Origin: a bacterium
Lineage (GTDB): Bacteria > RBG-13-61-14 > DATKZS01
Direction: 5' to 3'
Length of the DNA: 64,000 bases
Assembly: GCA_963674965.2 (NCBI GenBank)
Contig: CAXXFL010000007.1
Coordinates: 544,001-608,000 of the forward strand
Shown one piece after another: positions 10,634 through 20,177 of the stretch; positions within the stretch are counted from its first letter, which is position 1; the number at the start of each line of letters is the position of its first letter. The position numbers and the translations under genes were made by a program. The notes under the pieces were generated by a model. It saw only the letters and a list, made by a program, of their open reading frames with translations, searched no databases and had not been told where the DNA came from.

Positions 10634-12796
10634 CTATTTGCCGTGTTCGAGTACCTCGCGGATGGCCTCGAGAAAATCGTCCATGCCAAAGGGCTTCTCC
10701 ATCAGCCTGCTCTCGACGGAAAGGGTAAAATCGCGGGTCTTGTCGGTGAAGGCCCCCCCGGTGATGAACACGAAGCGTTCGGCGTACTCGGGCTTCAGCG
10801 AGGAAATACGCCTGTAGACCTCGTCCCCCGCCAAGTCGGGCATCATCATGTCGCAAACGATGACGTCGATATCATCGCGCTCCTCGAGCACCCGCATGGC
10901 CTCGAGGCCCGTGGACGCGGTCAAGATATGAAGGCTCGAGGGCAAAAGCCTCTGGTACGACTTGATTATGGCCTCCTCGTCGTCCACCAGCAGCACCACG
11001 CCTTTAAGGTCGTCCGCGTCGCGCTCGATTATCTCCTCGCTCTCGACCCATGCCTGGCCGGGCGAAAACTCCATGCTCGACGTGGGCAAAGAGACGGTAA
11101 CCTCCGTCCCCGCCCCGGGCCGGCTCTCCACCTCGATGCTTCCGCCGTGCTTCTTGATGATGTCGTAGCTTATGGCCAGCCCCAGTCCCGTTCCTTCCCC
11201 CACCTGCCTGGTGGTAAAAAAGGGATCGAAAATCCGGGGAAGATTTTCCCGTGATATGCCCACGCCCGTGTCCTTGACCGACATTTTGACAGCGTCGTCC
11301 TCGGCCCAGGTCCGAATCTCGATGAGGTTCGCGTCGGTCTCGCCCTCTGGTATGGCCTTGATGGCGTTTTGAATAAGGTTGACCAGTACCTGGCTCATTC
11401 TTCCCGAGTTGGCCACGACTCGGGGCAGCTCGCCCAGGTCCATTTTCAGCCTGGCCCTGTATCTTATCTGGTTCATGAGCATGGACGCGTTGGACCTGAC
11501 GAGTTGGTTCAGGTCCGCGTCCCCCATCTCGTCGGAGGATGAGCCCGCGAAGATGGAGAGGTCGTGCACGATGTTCTTGACTCTTTCCATGCCCTCGAGG
11601 CACTCGTTAATAATGTCCCTCGAGTCCAACCACACGTCGGGAACGGACGAGTCCAACTCGATCTTTTCGATCGCCGCCCCGGGGTCCTTGATCTCGGGGT
11701 CGGCCATGATCTCCTTGGCCTTGTCGCAATAGCCCTCGAGGGCGTCGAGGTAGCGCTCCAGTATCTGCAGGTTCGACAGCACGTAGGAGGAAGGGTTGTT
11801 GATCTCGTGGGCCACGCCCGCCGCGAGTTGGCCCACCGCCGCCATGCGCTCGGTCTGGACCAGGCCGGCCTGTGTCCGCTTGAGGGCCTTCATGGTCTCG
11901 TTCAGCTTGTCGTTGGCCTTCCGGAGCCGGTCGTTGGCGGACCGGAGTTCCCGCTCCGAGACGATCCGGGCGGTGACGTCCTCGAACAGGAGTATGGCGT
12001 AGCGGTCGCCCGACTCCATGAGCTTGTCCGTCGAGACCGGGTAAAGCATGGCCTTGAAAAGACGCTCGCCCGCGTCCTTTTCACCGACTTTGAAGTACCC
12101 CTCGAAGGCGTGGGACCTTTTGCTTTTAAAGGCGTTCTCAAGCGCGCGGATAAAGGCCGGCCTTTCCTTTTCCCTCAGCATGCAAACGCTCTCGTAGCTC
12201 AGGCCGATCAGTTCAGCCTTTTCCTTTCCCATCTCCTTTTCGGCGGCCCGGTTCACGTCCATCACCCTGAGGAAGTCGTCGAGCAGGATAAGCTGGTCGG
12301 GGATCGAGTCGAAGGTCGCCTCGAGCAGCCGCGCCAGGCGGCCTATCTCGCGGTCCGCCCTCCTTAGCTCGAGCTGCCTTTGAATCCTCTGCAGCAACTC
12401 CTCCACCCTGACCGGCTTTTGCATGTAGCCGGTGGCCCGGTTGTGCACCGACTTGATGGCCGTCTCGAGACTGGCGTGGCCCGTGACCACGAATATATCC
12501 AGACCGGGCTGGAGCTTGACCAGTTCCGCGTGAAGCTCGGTCCCCGTCACGTCCGGAAGCTGCATGTCGAGGAGGGCAAGGTCGAAGGCCACGGTCCGGG
12601 CCAGGTCTATGGCCTCGGACCCCGTGGCGGCGGTGAAGACCAAATAACCGCGGTCCTCCAACACCTCCCGCATGGCCTCCCGCCAGTCGCCGTCGTCGTC
12701 CACGCAAAGGATGTTCGCCGCCGTCGGGTTTATTCCGCCGCGCTGGAATCCCCTCACCTCCCGGGCCGTGCTCGCCTCTTCTCGCGTTACCGCCAT
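10634..12796 (-). CDS. Hybrid sensor histidine kinase (REC-PAS-coiled coil-HisKA-HATPase-REC)
   Basis: LCVDDD...LLDMQLP receiver; AHEINNP H-box; NLIQNA, DTGVG, FDPFFTT and GTGLGL boxes; C-terminal receiver VCDMMMP. Confidence 0.95.
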   Translation of the reverse strand: MAVTREEASTAREVRGFQRGGINPTAANILCVDDDGDWREAMREVLEDRGYLVFTAATGSEAIDLARTVAFDLALLDMQLPDVTGTELHAELVKLQPGLDIFVVTGHASLETAIKSVHNRATGYMQKPVRVEELLQRIQRQLELRRADREIGRLARLLEATFDSIPDQLILLDDFLRVMDVNRAAEKEMGKEKAELIGLSYESVCMLREKERPAFIRALENAFKSKRSHAFEGYFKVGEKDAGERLFKAMLYPVSTDKLMESGDRYAILLFEDVTARIVSERELRSANDRLRKANDKLNETMKALKRTQAGLVQTERMAAVGQLAAGVAHEINNPSSYVLSNLQILERYLDALEGYCDKAKEIMADPEIKDPGAAIEKIELDSSVPDVWLDSRDIINECLEGMERVKNIVHDLSIFAGSSSDEMGDADLNQLVRSNASMLMNQIRYRARLKMDLGELPRVVANSGRMSQVLVNLIQNAIKAIPEGETDANLIEIRTWAEDDAVKMSVKDTGVGISRENLPRIFDPFFTTRQVGEGTGLGLAISYDIIKKHGGSIEVESRPGAGTEVTVSLPTSSMEFSPGQAWVESEEIIERDADDLKGVVLLVDDEEAIIKSYQRLLPSSLHILTASTGLEAMRVLEERDDIDVIVCDMMMPDLAGDEVYRRISSLKPEYAERFVFITGGAFTDKTRDFTLSVESRLMEKPFGMDDFLEAIREVLEHGK

Positions 12797-12842
12797 TTTA
12801 TCGCCTTTCCTTGACTTCACCTTGTCGCTTTGACCGGTTGCT

Positions 12843-13988
12843 TCACCCGGCCGCCGGCAGCCACAACTCGAACCTCACCATCTCCTCCTCGGGCAAAAGG
12901 GAAGCAGTGAGGACGCCGCCGTGCCTGCTGGCGATGGCCCAGCTTATCGAGAGTCCAAGCCCCATGCCGTGTTCCTTGGTGCTGTAAAAGGGCTTGAAAA
13001 GGTCGGCCACCTTGCTCGCCGGTATCATGTCGCCGTTGTTTTCCAGCCGAGCGAGAAAACCCGCCCTGCCGTCCTTGTCCGCCTTGGCCACGCTCGCCCT
13101 GATCAAGGGCTCGCTCGCGCTTTTGGTCGCCTCCATGGCGTTGGTCAAAAGGTTCCTGAAAAGTATGGTGAGCTGCTCGGCCGAGCCGAGGACGAGACCG
13201 CCCCCCGAGGAGTCGGAAATATCGAGAAGACCGGAGGCCCCGCATTCCTCGGAGGCCCTCCTCAGCGAGGATAAAAGGTCCACCGGCGCGCTCCTCGCCA
13301 GGCTGGAACGGGGGCGATTGAGCTTGAGCATCGAGTCAAGGACGTTGTTGATCTTCAGGAGCTGGGACCTGATCCTCCCGAAGTGTTTGGCGACCTTGTC
13401 GCTGGGCCCCTCGATATACCTTTCCAGAAGGTAGAGCGAGGTCTCGATCACGCCCATGGGGTCCCGTATCTCGTGGGCCAGGGCCCCGGCGAAGCGGCCG
13501 GCGCGGAAAAGTTCCTCGTGGCCCTCCTCCTCCGCTCCCGGCGGAAGGGCAGCCTTCTCGTCCCCCGCCTCGCGGCACCAAATCGTCCACGTACCGCCGG
13601 CCTCGCCGTCCACCGAGCGGGCCTCGCCCACCAGGGAAAGCGCCCGGCTCGATCCGGGAAAAAGCTCGATCTCGCCCCGCCAGACGCGGTTTGGCTCTTC
13701 TTGTTTCCCCAGCTTTTCCCGCCACAGCCTCACGAGGTCCTCGCCCACGACTTCCTCGAGGCGAATCGACTCGCCGGCCGGGTCCATGATTTCCTCCAGT
13801 ATCTCGCGAAGGGCCGCGTTGGCGTAAACTATTTTAAAGCCGTCACCGGGGTCAGCGGCGAAAATAAAAAGGGAAAGGCCGTCCAGGACCGCCTGATGGA
13901 TGGAGCCGGACTCGAGGTTGTTTTCTTCCCCGGAAAAGCGGTCCCTGGCCTCCATGCCCTTTATATTCTCGCCGGCCAAAGTCTTCAC
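12843..13988 (-). CDS. PAS-like sensor histidine kinase with atypical H and G1 boxes
   Basis: LAHEIRDP, NLLTNA, FKPFYSTK and GMGLGL motifs; start uncertain (GTG 13988 or ATG 13955). Confidence 0.85.
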   Translation of the reverse strand: MKTLAGENIKGMEARDRFSGEENNLESGSIHQAVLDGLSLFIFAADPGDGFKIVYANAALREILEEIMDPAGESIRLEEVVGEDLVRLWREKLGKQEEPNRVWRGEIELFPGSSRALSLVGEARSVDGEAGGTWTIWCREAGDEKAALPPGAEEEGHEELFRAGRFAGALAHEIRDPMGVIETSLYLLERYIEGPSDKVAKHFGRIRSQLLKINNVLDSMLKLNRPRSSLARSAPVDLLSSLRRASEECGASGLLDISDSSGGGLVLGSAEQLTILFRNLLTNAMEATKSASEPLIRASVAKADKDGRAGFLARLENNGDMIPASKVADLFKPFYSTKEHGMGLGLSISWAIASRHGGVLTASLLPEEEMVRFELWLPAAG

Positions 13989-14008
13989 GCCTCGTCTCCG
14001 TCCGGCCC

Positions 14009-14695
14009 TCAGGAATTGAAACGGCCGATGATGGATATGAGGGAATTGATATCCACCGGCTTGGTTATGCAAGGATATACCTGGGTTATGTCGTCTCCGG
14101 GAGAAAAACGAGGGTTGGCGAAGGCCATCCTCACCCGGTAGCCCTCGCTCGAGCCCGAGCCGCCGGAGGAAGGCGCCGGAACGTCGATCACTACCAGGTC
14201 GAATTCCTCGTCCTGAATCTTGTCAAGCCCGTCCTTGGCCGTGCTCGCCCGGTGGACCCTGAAACCTTTTTCCTCCAGTTCCGTCTCGATGCCCGAGCCC
14301 GAGGCCAGGTCCTCCATGATCAGGAGGGCCACGCCGCGGGGGAAGTCGAACTCACCCATGGCCTCGAGCAGCCTCTTGACCTCGATGGTTTTAAGGAACA
14401 CCCCAAAGGCGCCCTCCGACAGGGCGTCCTCCAGCCAGTCCTCCATGCACGCCGTCATCAGGATCATGCGGCTATGGGGAGAGAGTTCCTTGAGCTTCTT
14501 GTAAAGCTCGAGGCCGCCCATGGCGCTGAGCCTCACGTCGAGAAGTATAACGTCGAACTCCTCTCTTTTAACCAACTCGAGCGCGGTCTCGCCGTCGGAC
14601 GCCGACCGGGCCGCGTATCCTTGCGACTCGAGGATTTCCTGGACGTTTTCCCGGAAGTCTCGATTGTCGTCGACTATAAGGACTCGTTTTTTCAT
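14009..14695 (-). CDS. Response regulator with two receiver domains and no output domain
   Basis: VLIVDD...ILLDV first receiver; second receiver DLVVID...ITKPVD is degenerate. Confidence 0.88.
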   Translation of the reverse strand: MKKRVLIVDDNRDFRENVQEILESQGYAARSASDGETALELVKREEFDVILLDVRLSAMGGLELYKKLKELSPHSRMILMTACMEDWLEDALSEGAFGVFLKTIEVKRLLEAMGEFDFPRGVALLIMEDLASGSGIETELEEKGFRVHRASTAKDGLDKIQDEEFDLVVIDVPAPSSGGSGSSEGYRVRMAFANPRFSPGDDITQVYPCITKPVDINSLISIIGRFNS

Positions 14696-14696
14696 T

Positions 14697-15719
14697 TTAG
14701 CCGCGGTCTCCTCCCGCCGTCACCAGGCTCCTTAGAGTGAAGTCGTAGGCCCCTTCGCCAACGCGGTGAAAGGAGAACTCCTTTACCTCCCTTACGTCCA
14801 GGGCCATCATGACGCGGGCCAGGACCTTTCCTATGTCCTCGCCTCTGGCCTCCTTGAGCCTGTTCTCCAGGCTGGTGACGAAGGCGTCGGGGTCGGCGAC
14901 CCGGTATAAGTCGCGGATAATGGAGGCAACGTCGGATTCACTGGCCCAGACGAAACGCGCCGGGGAGCCGGCCGTGTTCGAGATGGCGGCCAGGGCCTCG
15001 GAGTCGAGGACGTCGGTAACGGCCACGACCAGGGCGTCGCCGTCGTAAAAAAGTGGAGCGCACCAGTGCTTGAGGGCCATTTCCGCCGGCGGTCCCGGCA
15101 GGGCCGCCCCATCCGCCGCTAGCTCGGAAAGGTCCGACCGAGCAAGGCCCAGTACGTCCTCATGGATGAACAGGACGTCCTCGGGCTCGAGAAGGCCCAT
15201 GTCCCTCACCGCCCGATAATAGGACACGCCGCTCGTCCGCGAACGCTCGACCGCCGCCTCGTTCTCGATCTTGTCCAGCGCCTCGATGGATAGTAAAAGC
15301 TTCTGGAGCAAAGAGTCGCCGATCTTTCCCTCCCGGGAGAACGCCGAGCGGGCAAGAGCGCGGACCACGGTCTTGGGAATGACCTTCATGTCCTCGACCG
15401 GCTTGGTCACTATGTCCCTGGCCCCCATCGAGAGAAGGCGCTCGGGCGCGTCCACGTCGGCGTAGGCCGTGGCCATGACCACGGCGGTCCCGGGGCTGAT
15501 CGCGCGCATTCTCGAGAGGACTTCGTAACCCGACATTCCCGGCATGCGGATGTCAAGCAGGGCGGCCGCGGCCTCGTTCGAGGCGAGCCAGGACAGGGCG
15601 GCGGCGCCGTCGCCGAACCCGACGGCCTCGAGCCCGATCATCTTCAGGACCCGAAGGCAGCCCTCCCGGAAGGGCGCGTTGTCGTCGATTACCATGACGG
15701 TGTATTTTTTCTCGTCCAT
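14697..15719 (-). CDS. Response regulator fused to a GspE/PilB N-terminal (T2SSE_N/MshEN-like) domain
   Basis: Receiver VIDD...LLDIRMP...VTKP, then AEMALKHWCAPL...LVVAVTDVLD...RFVWASESDV...IRDLY, typical of T2SSE_N. Confidence 0.8.
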   Translation of the reverse strand: MDEKKYTVMVIDDNAPFREGCLRVLKMIGLEAVGFGDGAAALSWLASNEAAAALLDIRMPGMSGYEVLSRMRAISPGTAVVMATAYADVDAPERLLSMGARDIVTKPVEDMKVIPKTVVRALARSAFSREGKIGDSLLQKLLLSIEALDKIENEAAVERSRTSGVSYYRAVRDMGLLEPEDVLFIHEDVLGLARSDLSELAADGAALPGPPAEMALKHWCAPLFYDGDALVVAVTDVLDSEALAAISNTAGSPARFVWASESDVASIIRDLYRVADPDAFVTSLENRLKEARGEDIGKVLARVMMALDVREVKEFSFHRVGEGAYDFTLRSLVTAGGDRG

Positions 15720-15724
15720 GGGGG

Positions 15725-16348
15725 TTACCCTCCTCTCCTCTCGTCCCTTCTTCTACGGTGGGCCTGCTCGCGGAAGACCTCGCGCTGTCTCTGGGTGACG
15801 TACCTTATCACTTCCTCCCTGGCCCCCTGGCTCATGCCGATGAACTGGAAGGCCGTGTCGTAGACCTTCGCTCCATCCGCTCCTGGCTTGGCGTCTTCGA
15901 CCCTCACCACCCTGGCCAGGGTTACGATTTTCGAGGGTGGTGAAAGGGGAAGAAGAAGGGTCAGCTTGACCGAGTCCCCACAGGCCAGGGCCTTGGTCAC
16001 GGGAAAACGGATGCCCGAGCCCGAGACGTTGGCCCGGGTGTTCTTCAAAAGCACGCTGTCCACTTTCCTTTTTTGTCCCGAGTTCTGCTCCAGGAGCATG
16101 TCCAGCTTGTGATCGATCGAGACCAGGAGCTTGATCATGGCCGCCTGCACGTTGGCGTCGCCGCTTTCAGCCCTCTTCACGTAAGACCGGAGCAGGGCGG
16201 CCGAGCGGTCGTCCGAGGACGAGGATATCTCGCGGGCCTGCTGGGGGACCTCCGAGGGATCGAGAATCTCCATATGCAGGGCCAGGGTCCCTTCCACCCG
16301 GACGTAATTTCTTCTTTCTACCAGCAGTCCTTTTACTCCCCGTTCCAT
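15725..16348 (-). CDS. PilZ-domain c-di-GMP receptor
   Basis: RxxxR (RRNYVR) and N-x-S-x-x-G (NVSGSG) motifs; ARVVR and AFQF beta-barrel strands. Confidence 0.88.
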   Translation of the reverse strand: MERGVKGLLVERRNYVRVEGTLALHMEILDPSEVPQQAREISSSSDDRSAALLRSYVKRAESGDANVQAAMIKLLVSIDHKLDMLLEQNSGQKRKVDSVLLKNTRANVSGSGIRFPVTKALACGDSVKLTLLLPLSPPSKIVTLARVVRVEDAKPGADGAKVYDTAFQFIGMSQGAREEVIRYVTQRQREVFREQAHRRRRDERRGG

Positions 16349-16396
16349 TGTTCACCCGCCTTGCATAAATATGGAGTCAATGTCCACCGTCAAGAT

Positions 16397-16414
16397 AAGC
16401 AGATATCATGCCTT
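16397..16414 (-). promoter_or_regulatory. sigma54 (-24/-12) promoter of the PilZ operon
   Basis: Minus strand AAGGCATGATATCTGCTT = GG-N10-GC, about 50 bp upstream of the ATG. Confidence 0.6.
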
Positions 16415-16487
16415 GCGAAGAACCATTATCAAGCGGGGAGAGCGCCGGCGATAAACTCCTCTTATCAATCAGATTAATCATTATAAT

Positions 16488-16500
16488 AATCAAATTGTTA
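16488..16500 (+). promoter_or_regulatory. IHF binding site
   Basis: AATCAAATTGTTA matches WATCAANNNNTTR, within AT-rich DNA. Confidence 0.55.
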
Positions 16501-16641
16501 GATAAATAAATGCCGCGGGAAAAAATAGCGGTTTTGCCGATCAATCATATATAAGGATGAAAATTGCGCTCCCTTTGCCAAGGTAAATTGGAAGCCAGAG
16601 GCGAAAATTCAATAATACTCAATAAAAATAAAGCCATGAGC

Positions 16642-16655
16642 GTCAAAATTTTGAT
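16642..16655. promoter_or_regulatory. Palindromic upstream activator site (bEBP-type)
   Basis: GTCAAAATTTTGAT with a perfect 12-bp core TCAAAATTTTGA. Confidence 0.45.
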
Positions 16656-16765
16656 GGCCTTTTCCCGGCATCGGTAAATACATAATCAGTGAAATTGTCT
16701 CATTATCGGGAAATTGATTGGGTAAAATTTCCTGAATATAAGAATTGAAAACCGCTATCTCCCAC

Positions 16766-16796
16766 AAAAAAAGGCCCCGCCAGAAAACGGGACCTT
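16766..16796 (-). terminator. Rho-independent terminator
   Basis: Minus strand AAGGTCCCG / CGGGGCCTT stem followed by a T-run, downstream of the 16832 stop. Confidence 0.7.
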
Positions 16797-16831
16797 GTCA
16801 AAGTGAACTTGAAACATCGCCAATGGGATGA

Positions 16832-18325
16832 TCACTCTCCGTTGTGGGACGGGCTTCCTCCCCACATGGTCCAGCCGTCGGCCTTGCGGTCGCCAAGCTC
16901 GAGGCAGATGAGCTTTCCATCGGTGGTACCCACGTAAATCCGCCCTTTTGCCAGGGCGGGCTGAAAGCGCATGGGCGATCCCACCTCGATCGTGTCCCTT
17001 ATGGCGCCCCGGTTTTTATCCAGCACGATTATCTCTCCCGTCACCGCGGCCAGGTAGAGTTTTTCCCCCGCCGGCGACGGCGGCGCTCCCAGGTGGCCGC
17101 CCAGTTTCTCCAGGTCGCCCGAGAGGTCCTTGGCCCACAGTTCCTTGCCCGAGTCCGGGTCCAGGGCCACCACCTCATCGCCCTGGGTCATGTAAAGGAC
17201 CCCGTCGTACACGCATGGCCTCGAGCCCTGGTATTCCCACAGGCCGCGCACGGTCCCCTGTCCCACGTTGGCCATGGCCTCGCCCAGCTTGGCCGCGGCC
17301 GGTCCGCTGGAAAACCCGACCGAGGCGTCGTCCGACTTCTGGGCCGCGTTATAGGCGCTTCGGTTCTGGACCGCCGCGTCCAAATACAAGGCGGCCCGCT
17401 CCCGCCAGGCGCCCTTGGACTGGTTGGGCGCGCCCTTTTCGTTATCCATTCTAAGGACGGCCTCGCGGGGGGCCTCCTCCCCTTTCTTGCGCTGGCTGAC
17501 GAAGACCTGGTCCTTGTAGAGCCAGGGGGCGCTGGTGGCCTGGAAGTCCTTGTTCCAGACCTCATGGCCGTCCCTCATCCGGAAGCGGTAAACGTGGCCG
17601 TCAAAGGTCGAGATATACACCGAGTCCTTGTAGGCGACGGGCGCGCTGATAATGTCGCCCGCGATGGGCGCTCGCCACTTTTCCTTGCCGCCTTTAAGGT
17701 CGAGAGCTATGATCTGGTGGCCGCCTCGGGAGGGGAAGGCCATGAAGACCTTGCCGTCGGCTATAGCCGGCTGGCTCATGAGGGGGTCTCCCAGCCAGAT
17801 GCTCCAAAGCTGGCGGCCGGTCTTGGCGTCCACCACGAAGAGGGTGCAGCTCTCGGTGTTGAAGGCCACCACCCCGTCGGCGACCACCGCGGCGGTGGGT
17901 CCGTCGTCCGACACCTTAATAGCCCACTTCGGCTCCCCGCTCTCGGCGTCAAAGGCGTAGAACTCGTAGCTGCCAAAGCCTCCTCCAACATAGACCATGC
18001 CGTCCACCACGGCCGGAGTGGCCAACGCCCGGTTTCCGGGAATCTCGACTTTCCATCCCGCCTTCCCGTCGGAGGTCTTGAACTTGCGCGCCCGAAGGTT
18101 ATCGAGCGGAAGTTTGGTCACCGATCCCGACTTGTCGCCCCGGTTCATGATCTGGTTCATGACCGGGACAGGGGCCTGGTCGTCCACCGGGGCCTTGAAT
18201 ATAGGTAACTCGTCGTTAAAGGGTTTTTGCTCCTTTTGGGTCTCGTCGCCCGCCAGAGCCATGCCCGCCATGATGGCGGCCGCCAGAATGAACAGCCATA
18301 CCTTGGCTACAAAGGTCGTCTTCAT
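16832..18325 (-). CDS. Exported PQQ-like beta-propeller repeat protein (BamB-like)
   Basis: AGGAGG RBS; signal peptide; repeated AxDxxxGxxxW blades. Confidence 0.88.
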   Translation of the reverse strand: MKTTFVAKVWLFILAAAIMAGMALAGDETQKEQKPFNDELPIFKAPVDDQAPVPVMNQIMNRGDKSGSVTKLPLDNLRARKFKTSDGKAGWKVEIPGNRALATPAVVDGMVYVGGGFGSYEFYAFDAESGEPKWAIKVSDDGPTAAVVADGVVAFNTESCTLFVVDAKTGRQLWSIWLGDPLMSQPAIADGKVFMAFPSRGGHQIIALDLKGGKEKWRAPIAGDIISAPVAYKDSVYISTFDGHVYRFRMRDGHEVWNKDFQATSAPWLYKDQVFVSQRKKGEEAPREAVLRMDNEKGAPNQSKGAWRERAALYLDAAVQNRSAYNAAQKSDDASVGFSSGPAAAKLGEAMANVGQGTVRGLWEYQGSRPCVYDGVLYMTQGDEVVALDPDSGKELWAKDLSGDLEKLGGHLGAPPSPAGEKLYLAAVTGEIIVLDKNRGAIRDTIEVGSPMRFQPALAKGRIYVGTTDGKLICLELGDRKADGWTMWGGSPSHNGE

Positions 18326-18563
18326 ATATCGCCTCCTTTCAAGGTCATATACTTGGAACGCCCGGACCGTTCAAAGGTTCACGAAAAGTAAAAAATCATT
18401 TTTACCCAAGGTCCGCCGGGGCTTGGAGGACGGCCAAAAGCCCTTATTTTGCAACGACTAATCCCATGGCCCATAATAGGGGCGGACTCATTAAAGGACC
18501 CGGGCGCCGGCCTTTGCGAGGGCCGCCAACTAATTACGCCATAATGGAGGATGGATAAAGAGC

Positions 18564-20177
18564 ATGCCTCGAGGATACAGCCCGATTCCACGCGCGCCTT
18601 CCCTCGCGGCGGTCTCAATCTTTATCGTTCTTTGCGTCCTGCCGCCGGCCCTCATGTTCCTTGGCGCCTTCTTCCCCGAGTCCGACTTTACCCTGGAAAA
18701 GTACCGGCTTGCCATTTTAAATTCCAGACAGCTCGTCCTGCTTGGAAACAGCCTGGCCGTAGCCGGGGGGGCGGCCCTTTTGTCCGCTTGTCTGGGCGTA
18801 ACCTCCGCTTTCATTATCGCGAGAAGCAAGGCGCGGTGGATAAAATATTATAAGGTCGCGGCCCTGGTTCCCCTGTTCATTCCGCCCTACCTCCACGCCC
18901 TGGCCTGGGTCCATCTTTTCGGAAGCAAGGGGCCAGTCAACCAGGCCCTGGCGCCGCTTTTCGGGGGACCGGTCTTTTCCAATACCGGGATAGGCCTGGC
19001 CGCCTGGATTCTCGCCATGGCCTACCATCCATTCGTCACGGTCTCGACCTACGCGGGCCTTAGAAGCATTACGCCCTCCTTGGAGGACGCGGCCCTTCTC
19101 GCCATGTCCCCGGCTCGGGCCGCCTATAAGGTAATTATCCCCATGGCCGCGCCCTACGCCCTGGCCGGAGTCTTTTTCACGCTCGTCCTTTCCCTGACCA
19201 ACTACGCCGTGCCCGACCTGTGCCTGGTCAGGACCTATCCCGTCGAGATTTTCATTAATTTCAGCTCTCACTACGACGAGGCCGCCGCCGCGGCCCTGGC
19301 CCTTCCCCTCATGGCCATATCTTTGGCCCTGGCCTACGTCATATATCGAGCGCTCAGGGGCCGTCCCTTTTGGGTCTTCTCGGCCTCGGGCGGGACGGGC
19401 CTCGAGATCGGGCCGTCACGCGCCGCGGTATTGTTCGCTTTAGTCTCGGTCCTTTTAGCCTCCATCGTGCCGGCGGCGGACCTCATCGCCCAGGCCGGCG
19501 ACCCGGCCAATTACGTCAAGACCTTCAAGGCCGCGGGGCAAGAGTTCCTCCATTCCGCCTGGCTGGCGGTAACCACCGGGGCGTTGGCCACCATCCCGGC
19601 CTTCTTCATCGCTTATTACGTTGCCAGGGCGGGGGGAAAGGCCTCGCGCGCCGCGGCCGCTCTCATCTATCTTCCCTTCGCCATACCCGCCACCATCGTG
19701 GGTATCGGCATGATCCACCTTTGGAACCGGCCGGGAACTTATTTCATTTACGGCGGCGTCTTAATCGTGGTCATGGCCCACCTGGCCCGCGTCCTGCCCT
19801 TCGTGACGGTGGTGGCCATGGCCGCGGTGGGCGGGGTCAATCCCGCCCTCGAGGAAGCCTACTCGATCCTTCGCGGCGGCAACCTGGGAAGGATGGCCAG
19901 GATCGTCCTTCCTCTTTGCGCGCCCGGCCTGGCGGCGGCCTTCGTGGTGGGGGCCGCCTTGTCCCTGGGAGAAGTGGGGGCCACCCTCATGGTCATGCCC
20001 CCGGGAATGGAAACCCTGCCGGTCAGGATTTACTCGCTCCTCCATTACGGCGCGAGCGACACGGTGTCCGCCCTCGGGCTGGGGCTGATCGCCCTGTCCG
20101 TCTCGAGCGCGGCCCTGGCGGGAGCTATAGTTTACGCTCATGCAAAACTATCTGGACATAAAGGACTTGACCCTTAG
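18564..20177 (+). CDS. Fe(III)/thiamine-type ABC transporter permease (FbpB-like)
   Basis: Two BPD_transp halves with EAA loops (SLEDAA, ALEEAY); PLFIPPY and TLPVRIY motifs. Confidence 0.88.
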   Translation: MPRGYSPIPRAPSLAAVSIFIVLCVLPPALMFLGAFFPESDFTLEKYRLAILNSRQLVLLGNSLAVAGGAALLSACLGVTSAFIIARSKARWIKYYKVAALVPLFIPPYLHALAWVHLFGSKGPVNQALAPLFGGPVFSNTGIGLAAWILAMAYHPFVTVSTYAGLRSITPSLEDAALLAMSPARAAYKVIIPMAAPYALAGVFFTLVLSLTNYAVPDLCLVRTYPVEIFINFSSHYDEAAAAALALPLMAISLALAYVIYRALRGRPFWVFSASGGTGLEIGPSRAAVLFALVSVLLASIVPAADLIAQAGDPANYVKTFKAAGQEFLHSAWLAVTTGALATIPAFFIAYYVARAGGKASRAAAALIYLPFAIPATIVGIGMIHLWNRPGTYFIYGGVLIVVMAHLARVLPFVTVVAMAAVGGVNPALEEAYSILRGGNLGRMARIVLPLCAPGLAAAFVVGAALSLGEVGATLMVMPPGMETLPVRIYSLLHYGASDTVSALGLGLIALSVSSAALAGAIVYAHAKLSGHKGLDP

